Source of the DNA: an uncultured candidate division Zixibacteria bacterium
GTDB taxonomy: Bacteria > Zixibacteria > MSB-5A5 > GN15 > FEB-12
Assembly (NCBI GenBank): GCA_963735035.1
Contig: CAVTJJ010000003.1
Location: forward strand, 800,001-864,000
Direction: 5' to 3'
Length of the DNA stretch: 64,000 nt
The stretch's first letter is position 1. The number at the start of each line of letters is the position of its first letter. Below, in pieces: positions 1 to 11,345 of this stretch. Both the position numbers and the translations under genes were made by a program. The notes beneath the pieces were generated by a model that had not been told where the DNA came from, did no database searches, and was given only the letters and a program-made list of their open reading frames with translations.

Positions 1-1
1 C

Positions 2-669
2 GAACGGGCGGTCTCGCTGAAGACCGACCGTATTCAGGTGCTTGACGGCATCAACCGGCTGGACGATATCGCCGGGATGTTGCAGGGACCGGAAGGGATC
101 GGCCGGGTCGAGCTCAGTGACCGGGTCGGCGACTGGTTTGCCCGTCACCAGAGATGGATCGAAGACGGCTCTTTGAGGACTTCCGACCGGACCCGAATCG
201 CCCAGATTCTGGGCAATATTCGCAAAGAAGTCGAGCGCCCCGAAGACCGTACCCCGGCGTCCGAGAAGATTCTGTCAGAAATCAAGCGGTGGCAGACCGG
301 GATTCTTTCGGGCGCGCCGCTGGAGACGATTTGTCGACTTCGAGTCGCAAAATCACCTACCGGAAAGGGCCGGAAGCCCTTGGTATGACAGGAGTTCACC
401 CGTCGAGCGCGGATTCGATCGCCCTGTTCGCCGAGTCGCTCAAGATGATGGGAATCGTGTTCGAAGAGGCTTCCCGTGACCGGGGCCACCTGATGTCGGT
501 TTTGGGCGACGCCCTGAATTCGGCGACCCTACAGAAGAACAGAGAGGCCTTGCTTTTGTCGGCCTTGATTGTATATTACCTCAAGCAAAACGGCTATATG
601 GTTGAGCCGTTTGTGAAGCGGCTTAAGGAAGCCGAGCGTACGCAGAGAGAGGTGGGCGTCGATGCTTGA
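2..669 (+). CDS. Hypothetical protein, 5'-partial, probably one gene split by a frameshift near 330 (ORFs 38..388 and 154..669)
   Basis: Frame 2 is open from the window start; the protein-like helical sequence continues in the 154..669 frame, which overlaps the next start. Confidence 0.5.
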
Positions 670-916
670 TCCCCACGAAAAGGCCTATTTGCAGGCTCTG
701 CAGGCGCTTCGCGACAAACAGTATCAGCAGGCTGTCGGTTTTTTCGACCAGGCAGCGGAATTCTTCGTAAATAATCAGGAATTCAACCTGCTGAGGGAAA
801 CCACCCGCCTCCTTTTGGAGGTTAAAGGTGAGTTGGCCGCGACCGAAGTAAAGAGAAGTGAATTATTGATTCCTGAGGAGATATCGATCAATGGCAAAGA
901 AACAATCATTCCTTGA
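662..916 (+). CDS. Small helical (TPR-like) hypothetical protein
   Basis: 84 aa, YLQALQALRDKQYQQAVGFF pattern; overlaps both neighbours. Confidence 0.6.
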   Translation: MLDPHEKAYLQALQALRDKQYQQAVGFFDQAAEFFVNNQEFNLLRETTRLLLEVKGELAATEVKRSELLIPEEISINGKETIIP

Positions 917-1079
917 CAAGGCTGCGAAGAAGAAATTCGCGTCGTTCTGCCCGATCTGTGAAGGTGAAATTGCACGGATCAAGCAGGTGAAGGCTGAGAA
1001 GGGTCCGAACGGGGCCTGGAAGTTCCGCACGCAGAACGTCGGTGTCTGCAAGTGCAACGAGAAAGAAGTCTACGCGTAG
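891..1079 (+). CDS. Small basic Zn-ribbon protein, resembles DUF4295/bL38-like ribosomal protein
   Basis: 62 aa, Lys-rich MAKKQSF start, CPIC and CKC, IKQVKAEKGPNGAWKF; preceded by GAGGAG and followed by a terminator. Confidence 0.6.
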   Translation: MAKKQSFLDKAAKKKFASFCPICEGEIARIKQVKAEKGPNGAWKFRTQNVGVCKCNEKEVYA

Positions 1080-1110
1080 TTTATTCGACGCGTGACATCG
1101 TCACAAACTG

Positions 1111-1140
1111 AAAAACTCCCGCCCTCGCGGGAGTTTTTTT
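1111..1140 (+). terminator. Rho-independent terminator (likely bidirectional)
   Basis: aaaaactcccgc-cctc-gcgggagttttttt. Confidence 0.85.
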
Positions 1141-1191
1141 GTATGTGGGGGATTTTCGACTATCTATTTTCTCCATCCCCGCTCTTATCTG

Positions 1192-2202
1192 TCATGCCCC
1201 GGCTTGACCGGGGCTGGATTCACATTTGAAGTGCAACAGTTCGAGCCAAAAGAACTCTGCTGGAGTGAGGAAGTCCAGGCATTTTCGAGGCGTGTTATTG
1301 TAGATTTGAAAGAAGTCTGCGAACCGTCTCGGCGAGAGTTTGGTCAAGTCGGTTGACCGAGGGAGTCGGCGTCGGAGGCGACCGATTCCATTTTCGACGC
1401 CGCCTTTCTGCCAGGGTGAGTAGGTGTTACAGAAGTAGGTCTCGATGTCGTGGTCATGGAGTCGGTAGTGCTGGCCGAACTCGGGACCGTTATCGAAGGT
1501 GATGGTCTGTCGCCAGGCGGGCGGCAAGGGTGCCAGGAGAGTGCACATGGCCTTAGCAACCGAGGCGGCATCTTTGGCGGGTAGCTTAACCCCCATCATC
1601 AGGCGTGAGTGTCGCTCATGAAGGACGAGGACGCTCTGATCGGGTTTTCGGAAGTTCATGAGATCACCTTCCCAGTGTCCTGGTGTTTTCCGGCTCTTGG
1701 CGCTCTTCGGCCGCGCGGAGATAGGGCACCGCAGGGCTATAGACGACGTCGACCGACCTCTCTTGCACCCTCGCCAGCTACGTCTGGCTCGGCCACGGAT
1801 CAGTAAGTACCGCCAAGTGTAATCCTTAGTACGGGCGATCTGCGCGTAGATAAACCGGTAGATCGTTTCGTAGGAAATCACCTTCCGGCCCATCTCCACG
1901 GCCAGCCTTCCCGCGACCAACTCCGGAGACAAACCATTAGCTAGTCCCATCACTACCATGTCGCGCAGTTCTGGACGGCGATCCAATTTGGAGCCGGTCC
2001 AACGCCGGGCACGGCTCTGGTCGTTGGCATAGGCGGGCAGGTAACCGCTTTGTCGGCTGCGATTTCGCCTTATCTCCCGAGCAATGGTCGATGGCGCGCG
2101 ATCCAGAGCTGCCGCGATTTGCCGGAGCGACCGCCCGTTGGTGTGTAAGCGGGCAATCTCACACCGCTCTTCAAGATTGATCTGTGCATATCTTCGTTCC
2201 AT
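1192..2202 (-). CDS. IS30-family transposase
   Basis: N-terminal HTH (SLRQIAAALDRAPSTIAREIRRN), GHWEGD, TITFDNGPEF, SPWQKGGVEN, PRKCLDFLTP; likely ATG at 2202. Confidence 0.95.
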   Translation of the reverse strand: MERRYAQINLEERCEIARLHTNGRSLRQIAAALDRAPSTIAREIRRNRSRQSGYLPAYANDQSRARRWTGSKLDRRPELRDMVVMGLANGLSPELVAGRLAVEMGRKVISYETIYRFIYAQIARTKDYTWRYLLIRGRARRSWRGCKRGRSTSSIALRCPISARPKSAKSRKTPGHWEGDLMNFRKPDQSVLVLHERHSRLMMGVKLPAKDAASVAKAMCTLLAPLPPAWRQTITFDNGPEFGQHYRLHDHDIETYFCNTYSPWQKGGVENGIGRLRRRLPRSTDLTKLSPRRFADFFQIYNNTPRKCLDFLTPAEFFWLELLHFKCESSPGQAGA

Positions 2203-2246
2203 GACAACACCTTTAACAGGTGTTGCACTTCGTTTGTGAACAGGGG
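1213..2246 (-). mobile_element. IS30-family insertion sequence
   Basis: Imperfect ~26-bp terminal IRs: ttcacatttgaagtgcaaca (1219-1238) vs tgttgcacttcgtttgtgaa (2221-2240); encloses a transposase. Ends approximate. Confidence 0.85.
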
Positions 2247-2260
2247 GCACCCAAGAATTT

Positions 2261-2307
2261 GGTCGGGTTCACGAGTCGTGCGCACAGCGAACGACGAGAA
2301 ACCCGAC
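2261..2307 (+). repeat. GTAG-type REP, family B (GTAGGTCGGGTTCACGA...GAGCAACCCGACA); this copy lacks the GTA; other copies at 30218-30268, 36447-36497, 61213-61263
   Basis: Conserved outer arms gtcgggtt/aacccgac around a variable inner hairpin in four copies. Confidence 0.85.
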
Positions 2308-2309
2308 GG

Positions 2310-3225
2310 GCGGTTATGCACAGCGGATCACTTCTTCGATAGCCGGCCTTACGGAGTTCGCTCAAATATGATTCGTTTCCTTCCCGTAGTTCTTCAGTTA
2401 GCTTGGGAGAGGATTGAGATAGTTTGAAACAAGCGACAGCTTCCCGCCTCCGTCCCTTGTAGTAGTTTGCCCTGCCTGCCATGGCAAAGATCTCAGCTTT
2501 GTACCACCAATCCGGAATCTCGCACGATCGTGCGGCTCTGTAGTGCACCAGTGTTCCTTTGTAGTCTCCCTTACGAAGGAGAACACGCATCTTATTGATG
2601 GTACTCTACGACCAGAGTTCGGCAACAAAGTCATCAACATTGATAGTATTGAGGAGGTTCTCGGCACTATTGTGATCGCCCACGTAGTCCAGGACGCGAC
2701 CACCAAAGCGGAAAGAGCTCTGTCTCTAGTCGTAATTCCTTGGGAGAATGCAAGAAGTATCCGACGCACGCGACCGTTCCAACGAACCTGAATCTACCGA
2801 AGCAATAGCACGAGACTTGAGAAGTCGTTATGCCAACTACGAGCCTTCGTCTTCTGACCAGGTGAAGCTGCTCTAAACTAATGAAAGCGAAAAGACGAGA
2901 TGCACGACGGTAAAATAGAAGAATATCCGTGTGGTGAAGCCTGAAGAATACTCAGACCTTCTTCTGCTCTGTTCACATCTGTCACCGATACGACCAGGTG
3001 AACTAGGCTTCTTCACAATTGCCACTCCACAGATGGCAAACGCGGATGAATCGATGTCGGTCGATCAACCTCGTCGGGGTATTCGGTCAAGAGGCGCACA
3101 AATACTTCGACGGCACCCCTGTATTCGTTCTGAGAGACCAGACGCAGTCTCCGCAAACAAGAGATCTCCGGTGTCCCGTTTGGGAGTGTGCTGGAATGTT
3201 CATCCCTACCTGTTGACAGGTACAT
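2310..3225 (-). pseudogene. Fragmentary TPR-like coding remnants in an AT-richer segment
   Basis: Peptides AEIFAMAGRANYYKGRRREAVACF (ORF 2213..2590) and EYRGAVEVFVRLLTEYPD (ORF 3013..3225); no coherent long ORF. Confidence 0.3.
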
Positions 3226-3589
3226 TCACCAGCCGCTGCGAATAACGGATCAATATTACACTGCCCCGCGCTTCGTACTCGCATGCTGGAATAATAACTC
3301 ACCTTCGAACCCCCGTCAACCATTCTTGAATCCCACCATAATTGGTGGGCCACCCAGGACTATCCCGGAACCGGCAGGTTCCGTCACCCCGGTGAAAACC
3401 GGGGCCCAGTTATGGTCGATAGATCACCGTAGTAATGACGAGAATTCCCATCGCAGGGTCAGTCAAAGCATAAGCGTCAGTCTTCTTCCCAACACAACTG
3501 GGTTCTGGCTTCCGCCAGAATGACGGCCTGTCGGCCGTTAGCATACTTCCGGCGGGTTTGCGGCAAACCCGCCCTACCAACCGGGCATA

Positions 3590-3668
3590 GTAGGTCAGGA
3601 GCCCTTAGGCTCCTGACATTTGGTGCTCGACCCGTATCCTGTCAGGAGCCTAAGGGCTCCTGACCTAC
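3590..3668. repeat. REPIN-like inverted REP doublet
   Basis: Perfect 29-bp IR gtaggtcaggagcccttaggctcctgaca ... tgtcaggagcctaagggctcctgacctac. Confidence 0.9.
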
Positions 3669-3823
3669 AAGAATGGGCCACCCCACACGTTTCCCCACCC
3701 TTGAACCCTGGCCCACCGGAGCGTATATTCCGCCGATACGATGTCGGCACGTTCCGGAGGGCGCTCCAGACCGGGCCGACGTCGAACCAACATCGAACCA
3801 GCGCAAACGAATAGCAAAGACCG

Positions 3824-4570
3824 ATGGCCGCAGACCGATTCACAGAGCCAAATTCGAAAACAGAGCGGCCCAATCCGTCACGGAAGCAGGTCTACAAGAT
3901 GTTCGACCGGATCGCCGGACGGTACGACCTGCTCAATCGGCTCCTGTCCAGCGGTATCGACCGTCGCTGGCGCGCCCGCATGGCCCGAATGTTGCCTCAG
4001 CGTGACAATCTCGAAGTGCTCGATCTGGCGTCCGGCACGGCCGACCAGTTGATTGCGCTGGCCGATACCGGCCGGGTGGCACGCGGAGTCGGCCTCGACC
4101 TCGCCGAACAGATGCTTGCAATTGGCCGTGACAAAATCAAAAGGCGTGGGCTCGATGACAAACTGACGCTGAGTGTCGGCGACGCCGAGAATCTACAGTT
4201 ACAGTCGGCTACGTTCGACACGGTCACGATTACATTCGGCATACGCAACATGACCGACACCGCACGAACACTCGCAGAGATGCACCGCGTGCTCAAACCG
4301 GGCGGACGGGCACTGATACTCGAGTTCTCATTGCCCTCAAATGGATTCGTGCGCCGCTGCTATCTGATCTACCTGCGACATATTCTTCCCCGGCTCGGAG
4401 CGTTGATTTCGGGCGATGCCTCGGCGTATCGCTATCTTAACGAGACGATTGAGACTTTCCCCTACGGTGATGCTTTCTGCCAACTTATGACACGGGCCGG
4501 ATTCACGAGTGTCACCTGCACGCCGCTGACTTTCGGGATAGCATCGATCTACCAGGGGGACAAGCAGTGA
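3824..4570 (+). CDS. menG: Demethylmenaquinone methyltransferase
   Basis: MFDRIAGRYDLLNRLLS, VLDLASGT, FGIRN, YRYLNETIETFP, TFGIASIY. Confidence 0.95.
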   Translation: MAADRFTEPNSKTERPNPSRKQVYKMFDRIAGRYDLLNRLLSSGIDRRWRARMARMLPQRDNLEVLDLASGTADQLIALADTGRVARGVGLDLAEQMLAIGRDKIKRRGLDDKLTLSVGDAENLQLQSATFDTVTITFGIRNMTDTARTLAEMHRVLKPGGRALILEFSLPSNGFVRRCYLIYLRHILPRLGALISGDASAYRYLNETIETFPYGDAFCQLMTRAGFTSVTCTPLTFGIASIYQGDKQ

Positions 4571-5947
4571 ACCAGGACGTCGCCGCCAGACTCTCTGCCG
4601 CACTTGACACGTTCACCCACGATCGGACGTCATCGTCGGATAGTCATCCGCGCATACATCGTATCGTAATCGATATCGATCCAATTGATCCGCTCGACTG
4701 GCTGAGGGCGAATTCGCAAAACGACGGCATCTACTGGCAGGACCGCGATGACAGCGCGCGAATAGCCGCAATCGGCGAGGCTGACAGCGTAACGATTACG
4801 AATCATGGGGACCTGCAAGAAGCGCTGCGGCGAATCACGAGGACGCTCAAGCGCGCGGATCCGGGGATAAGGTATTTCGGCGGCCTTCGCTTCGATCCTG
4901 AGCGGCCGGAGTCTAGGCGAGATAATCGCTGGGATCGGTTCGCGATCGCCCGGTTCGTTCTCCCTCGTTTCGAGATCATTGCCGCAGACGGTAAGTGTTA
5001 TCTGGCCTGCAATTTCCTGGCGGAAGAAACCGGGACGACGGCTACTGCGAAAATAATCGAGGCGGCGCGACAACTCCGATTCGACCCGCTGTCCGCTCCG
5101 TCAGAAACTCCGCCCCTGCTCGCGCGCGCTGACTCTCCTGACCGGGCTCAATGGAACGACTTGATTGCTGACATGCTCAAAGCATTCACGCGGGGTGAGT
5201 GCGACAAATTGGTGTTGGCGCGCCGCACCACGTTGGAATTCGGCAACGCGGTCGATCCCTGGCATCTGCTCAAGCGCCTTCGCGACCTGAACAAGCACTG
5301 CTTCGTATTCGGTTTCCAGCCCGACCGTTCGGCTACGTTCATAGGTGCGTCGCCGGAACGACTATACAGCCGCACCGCCGACCGTATTCTGACCGAGGCT
5401 CTCGCCGGGACCCGCCCAGCCGTCGCCGACAAGTCCGCTGACAGCGCTTTCGCCGCCGAACTGCTCGAGTCGGCCAAGGATCGGCGCGAACATGAGTTGG
5501 TTGTCGATGGGGTTGCGGCGGCACTTGACCGTGTATGCGAGCGATATTCGATCACCGAATCGCGCGGGTTGCTCCGGCTGCAATCGCTTCAGCATCTGAT
5601 AACGCGCTTCGAGGGACAGCTTCGGAACCATGTTGACGACTGTCAATTGTTGTCAGCACTCCACCCCACTCCGGCGGTGGGGGGAACACCCGGAGATCGA
5701 CGCCGTCGAGCACCTGCGAGCACTTGAGCCGATTGACCGGGGCTGGTACGCCGGACCGGTCGGCTGGATCGGCGCCGACCGCGCCGAGTTTGCTGTGGCG
5801 ATCCGTTCGGCATTGATCCACGACCGCCAGATTGATATCTTTGCGGGGGCCGGGATCGTGGCCGGTTCCGACGCCGATATCGAATGGATCGAAGTTGAAA
5901 ACAAGATCATTCCGTTTCTGATACTACTTTACAGCGGACGACCATGA
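4567..5947 (+). CDS. menF: Isochorismate synthase (one frameshift near 5690)
   Basis: KLVLAR, FIGASPERL, EALAGT, KDRREH, LHPTPAVGG, then RGWYAGPVGW/FAVAIRS/FAGAGIV in ORF 5630..5947. Confidence 0.9.
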
Positions 5948-7732
5948 CCATTGACGAACAAAACCTGTTTCAAGCCCAATTGCTGATCGAAGAACTTCGT
6001 CGGCACGGTGTGACACGGTTTGTCGTCTGCCCCGGTTCGCGCTCGACCCCGCTGGTGCTGGCACTGTCAATGGAAGAGCGGGTCGAGTGCGTGGTGCATC
6101 ACGACGAACGTGGCGCCGGATATTACGCGGTCGGATACGCCCGTGCTACCGGACAGGCCGCAGCGGTGGTGACTACGTCCGGAACGGCGGCGGTGAATCT
6201 TCATCCGGCCATCGTTGAAGCCTCACAGGACAATCTTCCGTTGGTCGCTCTGACAGCAGATCGTCCGCCGGAACTGCATGTGCGCGGCGTGAATCAGACT
6301 ATCGAGCAGAAGAATCTGTTCGGCACTCATGTCCGTTTTGCGGCGGACCTGCCATGTCCCGATGATATTGAACCAACCGATTCGCTCACCCTGATCGATC
6401 AGGCTTGCAGTTATTTGACCGGCCGCACTGGTCCGATCGGGCCCGTGCACATCAATTGCATGTACCGCGAGCCGCTGGTGCCTACTGCCGAATAAGTTGA
6501 GACCGTATCGTCAGGTAATTGAGAACAACTATCCGGATCTTAAGCAATGGCTGATTCGAACAAGAGTTACGATTCAGACTCGACGACCCACAGTTGCGCA
6601 GGACATAACGGACCTGAACACAATAGCCTGCATAGTACAAAGCTCCAAACGTGGCTTGATGCTGGTCGGACATCTTCGCTCCGAAGCCGAGCAGGAAGCA
6701 GTACGTAATTGATCGGCAGACTTGGTTGGCCGACACTCGCCGACATCACATCAGGTCTGGCCGGTACACAGCAACCACTTCATCGTCTATCACCACGACT
6801 TGATTCTGCGTCGGAGCGATTCACCAGGAGCCATGCACCTGACACAATCCTGCACGTTGGCGGACGGTTGACATCGAAACGATTGCTGCAATTCATGGAG
6901 ATGTCGCGTCCGACAAATTACGTCTTCAACGCCGGCGGCGGGATCGTCTACGACCCGGTCGGTGTGGTGACTCGACGATCCAACTATGACACCGGCACGT
7001 TCTGCCGGCAACTCACAAGACAACTTGCTAACAGTAATCATGACCCGGTGTGGTGCGGAATCTGGCGCGCCGCTTCCGAGAAATGCCGACAGGTTGTCGC
7101 CAAGTCGTGCGGCGCGATTGACACGTTGACCGAACCGGTATTGGCCCACCTTATTGCTCGCGATGTCCCTGATAACGCAGGTCTCTTCTTAGCCAGCTCA
7201 ATGCCGATTCGCGACATGGATATGTTCGCCACTTCGAAACGTGCTTTGCCTGTAGCTGCCAACCGGGGTGCCTCGGGGATCGACGGCACCATCGCCTCAG
7301 CCTGCGGGTACGCCGACGGGCTGAACCGTCCCGTCACATTGTTGATCGGCGATCAAGCGTTCCTGCACGACTCTGAGTTCACTGCCGTTGATAGCCGCCA
7401 GTCATCAACCGGTCACTATCGTGATCGTAAACAACCGTGGTGGCCGTATCTTCGAACAACTGCCGGTGGCGGCACATCATAAAGCGTTCGATCGGTTCTT
7501 TGTCGCCCCGCACAATCTGACTGTCGATAAGATCGCAAGCACGTTCGGAATCGATTATACCCACGTCTCAGACCGGGGTTCATTCGAGAGAGCTTACAAC
7601 AAATCCTCTGCCTCAAGACTCTCTTCGATAGTCGAAGTTGAGATGAACCCGGTTTCAAGCCGGGAACACCGCCACCGAATAATCAGCGAAATCAAATCCG
7701 TAACAGACTCTCTGACAATTCAATCGGTATGA
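5944..7732 (+). CDS. menD: SEPHCHC synthase (three apparent frameshifts near 6492, 6708, 7371)
   Basis: CPGSRSTPL, DERGAGY, TTSGTA, TADRPPEL, GPVHIN, ASSMPIRD, NRGASGIDG, GDQAFLHD, NNRGGRIF across four ORFs. Confidence 0.9.
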
Positions 7733-8530
7733 CTCTTCCGTCGTACAGTCTGACTTACTCTGCCGACGCGCAGAAGACCGTGCTGTTCCTGCACGGCTTC
7801 ATGGGCTGCCGGTATGATTGGAATGAAGTGGTGGAGCATATCGGTCTGCGGTATCGCTCTCTGCGAATCGATCTTCCCGGACATCATTGGTCGTGTTCGG
7901 ATCTCTCTCCCGAATCTTACTCTATGCCGGAATGTGCGCAACTCGTGATCGATCTGCTGAATCACAATCGCGTGGAGCAAGTGTCACCTGGTCGGTTATT
8001 CGATGGGTGGACGGCTCGGGCTGTATCTTCTCACCCATTTCCCTGAGCGATTCACGGCCGCGGTAATCGAATCCGCTTCACCGGGTCTTCGCACCGACAC
8101 GGAACGAGAGGCACGACTAAAGGACGATCTGAGACTGGCGCGCCGTCTGCGCGAGGAACCGTTTGATAAGTTCGTGCGCGCCTGGTATCGCCTGCCGCTC
8201 TTCAACACGATTGATCAGAGTACTCCCCGTTTCGAAGCTCTTATTCAGCGCCGAATGGAAGCAGATCCCCTCAGTCTCGCCTTGTCACTGGAGCAGATGG
8301 GTACCGGATCGATGCCTTCGCTCTGGGACGAATTGCCGCGCCTTGAGATACCGACGCTGTTTGTCGCCGGCGAGAAAGACGAAAAGTACCGCTCTCTGGC
8401 ACACGAAATGGCGACCTTGTGTCCGAGGGGGCAAGTCGCTATAATTCCGGGCGCCGGGCACAATACTCATTTCGAACGCCCGGAGGAGTTCAGCCGCATA
8501 CTCACAGGATTCTTTGACGCGGACAGATGA
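7729..8530 (+). CDS. menH: SHCHC synthase, alpha/beta hydrolase (frameshift near 7984)
   Basis: [14 protein letters not shown], reconstructed [29 protein letters not shown]. Confidence 0.9.
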
Positions 8531-8537
8531 GGCAGTT

Positions 8538-9359
8538 ATGACGAAATACAATTGGATCGAATCCGGCAAGTATCAGGATATCAAGTACCACAAATTCGAG
8601 GGGATCGCTCGAATAACGATCAACCGTCCCGAAGTGCGCAACGCGTTCAGACCCAAAACGGTCTTCGAGATGTCCGAGGCACTCAACGACGCTCGCATGG
8701 ACCCGAATATTGGCGTGGTCATTCTCACCGGCGAAGGCGATCAGGCTTTCTGTTCCGGCGGCGACCAGAAGATCCGAGGTGATTCCGGCTACAGTGATGA
8801 AAATGGGACGAACCATCTTAACGTACTCGATTTCCAGCGTCAGATGCGTACCTGCCCCAAACCGATCATCGCCATGGTGGCCGGATATGCAATCGGCGGC
8901 GGCCACGTGTTGCACCTGATGTGCGACCTGACCATCGCCGCCGACAACGCCGTGTTCGGCCAGACGGGACCGAAAGTCGGTTCGTTCGACGGCGGCTACG
9001 GCGCCTCGTACATGGCCCGGATTGTCGGACAGAAGAAAGCCCGTGAAATCTGGTTCCTGTGTCGTCAATACGACGCCCGTCAGGCGCTCGAAATGGGTCT
9101 CGTGAACGTGGTGGTGCCGTTGACGCAACTCGAAGACGAGACCGTGCAATGGTGTCGTGAGATTCTGACCAACTCCCCCATGGCAATTCGTTGCCTCAAG
9201 GCTGCGCTCAACGCCGATTGCGACGGCCAGGCCGGGCTTCAGGAGTTGGCCGGCAACGCCACCATGCTTTACTACATGAGCGAAGAAGCTCAGGAAGGGC
9301 GCGACGCTTTCAAAGAGAAGCGCAAACCGAATTTCTCCAAATTCCGCCGCCAACCGTAG
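8538..9359 (+). CDS. menB: 1,4-dihydroxy-2-naphthoyl-CoA synthase
   Basis: [45 protein letters not shown]; intact. Confidence 0.97.
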   Translation: MTKYNWIESGKYQDIKYHKFEGIARITINRPEVRNAFRPKTVFEMSEALNDARMDPNIGVVILTGEGDQAFCSGGDQKIRGDSGYSDENGTNHLNVLDFQRQMRTCPKPIIAMVAGYAIGGGHVLHLMCDLTIAADNAVFGQTGPKVGSFDGGYGASYMARIVGQKKAREIWFLCRQYDARQALEMGLVNVVVPLTQLEDETVQWCREILTNSPMAIRCLKAALNADCDGQAGLQELAGNATMLYYMSEEAQEGRDAFKEKRKPNFSKFRRQP

Positions 9360-9368
9360 GTGCCACGC

Positions 9369-10250
9369 ATGGCGCAGAATCAATTTCAGGTCTGGTTACT
9401 CGCGGCGCGTCTGAAAACCCTTCCAGCCGCTTCCGCACCCGTCATAATAGGCACGGCCATGGCGCACACCGGCGGAGGCATCCACTGGCCGTCGGCCCTG
9501 GCTGCGTTAGTCGGCGCGCTGCTCATTCAGGTAGGCACTAATTTCGCCAATGACTATTTCGATTTTCACAAAGGAGCCGATACCCCCGACCGCCTCGGAC
9601 CGCTCCGAGTTACTCAGGCCGGACTGGTTAGTCCGGACGCAATGAAGCGTGCGACTATTCTCGTTTTCGCGCTGGCCATCCTGATCGGCGTCTATCTCGT
9701 CTGGCGGGGTGGCTGGCCGATTGTGATTATCGGCCTGCTGTCGGTCCTGTTCGGCGTACTCTATACCGGCGGGCCGTATCCGCTCGGCTACAACGGTCTG
9801 GCTGATGCGTTCGTGTTGATATTTTTCGGTCCGGTAGCAGTCAGTGGAACTTACTACGTACAGACCCTCGACATCAACTCGGCGGTGGTTTTCGCAGGTC
9901 TCGCACCCGGACTCTTCTCAGTGGCTATACTTACAGTTAATAATCTACGCGATATCGAAAGTGATCGGAGCGCCGGGAAGAAGACCCTGGCCGTTCGATT
10001 CGGGCGCACGTTCGCTTTGAGCGAATACAACTGGTCGATGTTCTTCGCATGTACTATCCCGTTCGCCCTGGTGCTGTTCTTTCGTGCGCCAATGTCAGCC
10101 ATGCTGGCTTCTTTGACAGTCGTCCCGGCGATCATGGCGATGCGCAAAGTTGCGCGGGTCACGGGCCGCGATTTGAATGACTGTCTGGCCGGAACCGGAC
10201 GTCTATTGATAGTTTACAGCATTCTCTTTTCACTCGGCTGGATCTTATGA
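9369..10250 (+). CDS. menA: DHNA polyprenyltransferase
   Basis: RLKTLPA, NFANDYFD..KGAD, NNLRDIESD..GKKTLAVR; multiple TM segments. Confidence 0.95.
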   Translation: MAQNQFQVWLLAARLKTLPAASAPVIIGTAMAHTGGGIHWPSALAALVGALLIQVGTNFANDYFDFHKGADTPDRLGPLRVTQAGLVSPDAMKRATILVFALAILIGVYLVWRGGWPIVIIGLLSVLFGVLYTGGPYPLGYNGLADAFVLIFFGPVAVSGTYYVQTLDINSAVVFAGLAPGLFSVAILTVNNLRDIESDRSAGKKTLAVRFGRTFALSEYNWSMFFACTIPFALVLFFRAPMSAMLASLTVVPAIMAMRKVARVTGRDLNDCLAGTGRLLIVYSILFSLGWIL

Positions 10251-11345
10251 AATTCGTCGATGCCGAACTCTTTACTTATCAACTGCCGTTGCTTCGACCA
10301 CTTATACTTAAGAACGCTACTATCACAGAGCGAAGCGGTTGTCTAATCAAGCTCACGTCCGAGTCCGGTGCGGTCGGCTGGGGCGAAGCGGCTCCGCTGC
10401 CCGGCTTTTCCTCCGAGTCGCTTGATGAAGCTATTCAGCAACTACGTAATCTGGCGCCACGACTGATCGGCTCGAATGCCCCGATGGCGCTGGTTGAGCT
10501 TACCGACGGTTTCCATCCGGGGCTCTGCACACATCCACATGCTCCGTCGGTTCAATGCGCGCTGGAGATGGCAGTACTCAACGTGATAGCCGCTCACGGA
10601 TCAACTTCCCTGGCGCAGTTACTTCACAAACGACCCGCTTCGTCGATCCCGCTCAATAGACTGATTACGGACGATGCGACGGATTGTGAGAGCACCCGCG
10701 CACTATTGCAGCGTGGATTCAGCACGATAAAGATGAAGGTTGGTCGGAACCCCTTAGCGATCGACATCGCACGAGTACACAAAGTAAGCGATGAACTTGC
10801 CGACCGAGCTGCCCTCCGTTTGGACGCCAACCGCGCCTGGAATTTTGAAGACGCCATAGACTTTGCCAGATCAATCTCCGACCGCAGGATCGAATATATC
10901 GAAGAGCCGTTGTCGGATCTGTCAATGCTGTCAGGAATTCTGTGCCAGAACCGGTCTGCCCGTGGCACTCGACGAGAGCCTGATCGGAATGTCATCCGAC
11001 GATTTGCGCGAGCATCACTATGCGTCAGCAATTGTTCTCAAACCTACACTGATAGGAGGATTCGAGAAATCGGCCTCATTGGCGCGGATCGCACGTGAAC
11101 TGGGTATGAAGGTCGTGATTAGTTCATCTTTCGAGAGCGGTGTCGGCATAGCGGCTCTGGCACAATTTGCCGCGGCCTACGCCCTTCCCGACACAGCGGC
11201 AGGTCTTGATACGATGACTTGGTTTACGCATGATCTATTGACCAGGCCGATTGACTGCTCACGCGGTCGCATCGATATCGCAAAGGCCAACCAGGTCGCC
11301 CGCGACGTTGACGAATCGCGACTGCACAGGATTGGCCATGGATAG
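10247..11345 (+). CDS. menC: o-succinylbenzoate synthase (frameshift near 10932)
   Basis: GWGEAAPLPGFS, KMKVG, LRLDANRAW, YIEEP, then VALDES, LKPTLIGG, SSSFESGVG, GLDT. Confidence 0.9.

Noticed and set aside
5675..5700. Programmed frameshift in menF near the G run
   Set aside because: One of many similar indels; no stimulatory structure evident
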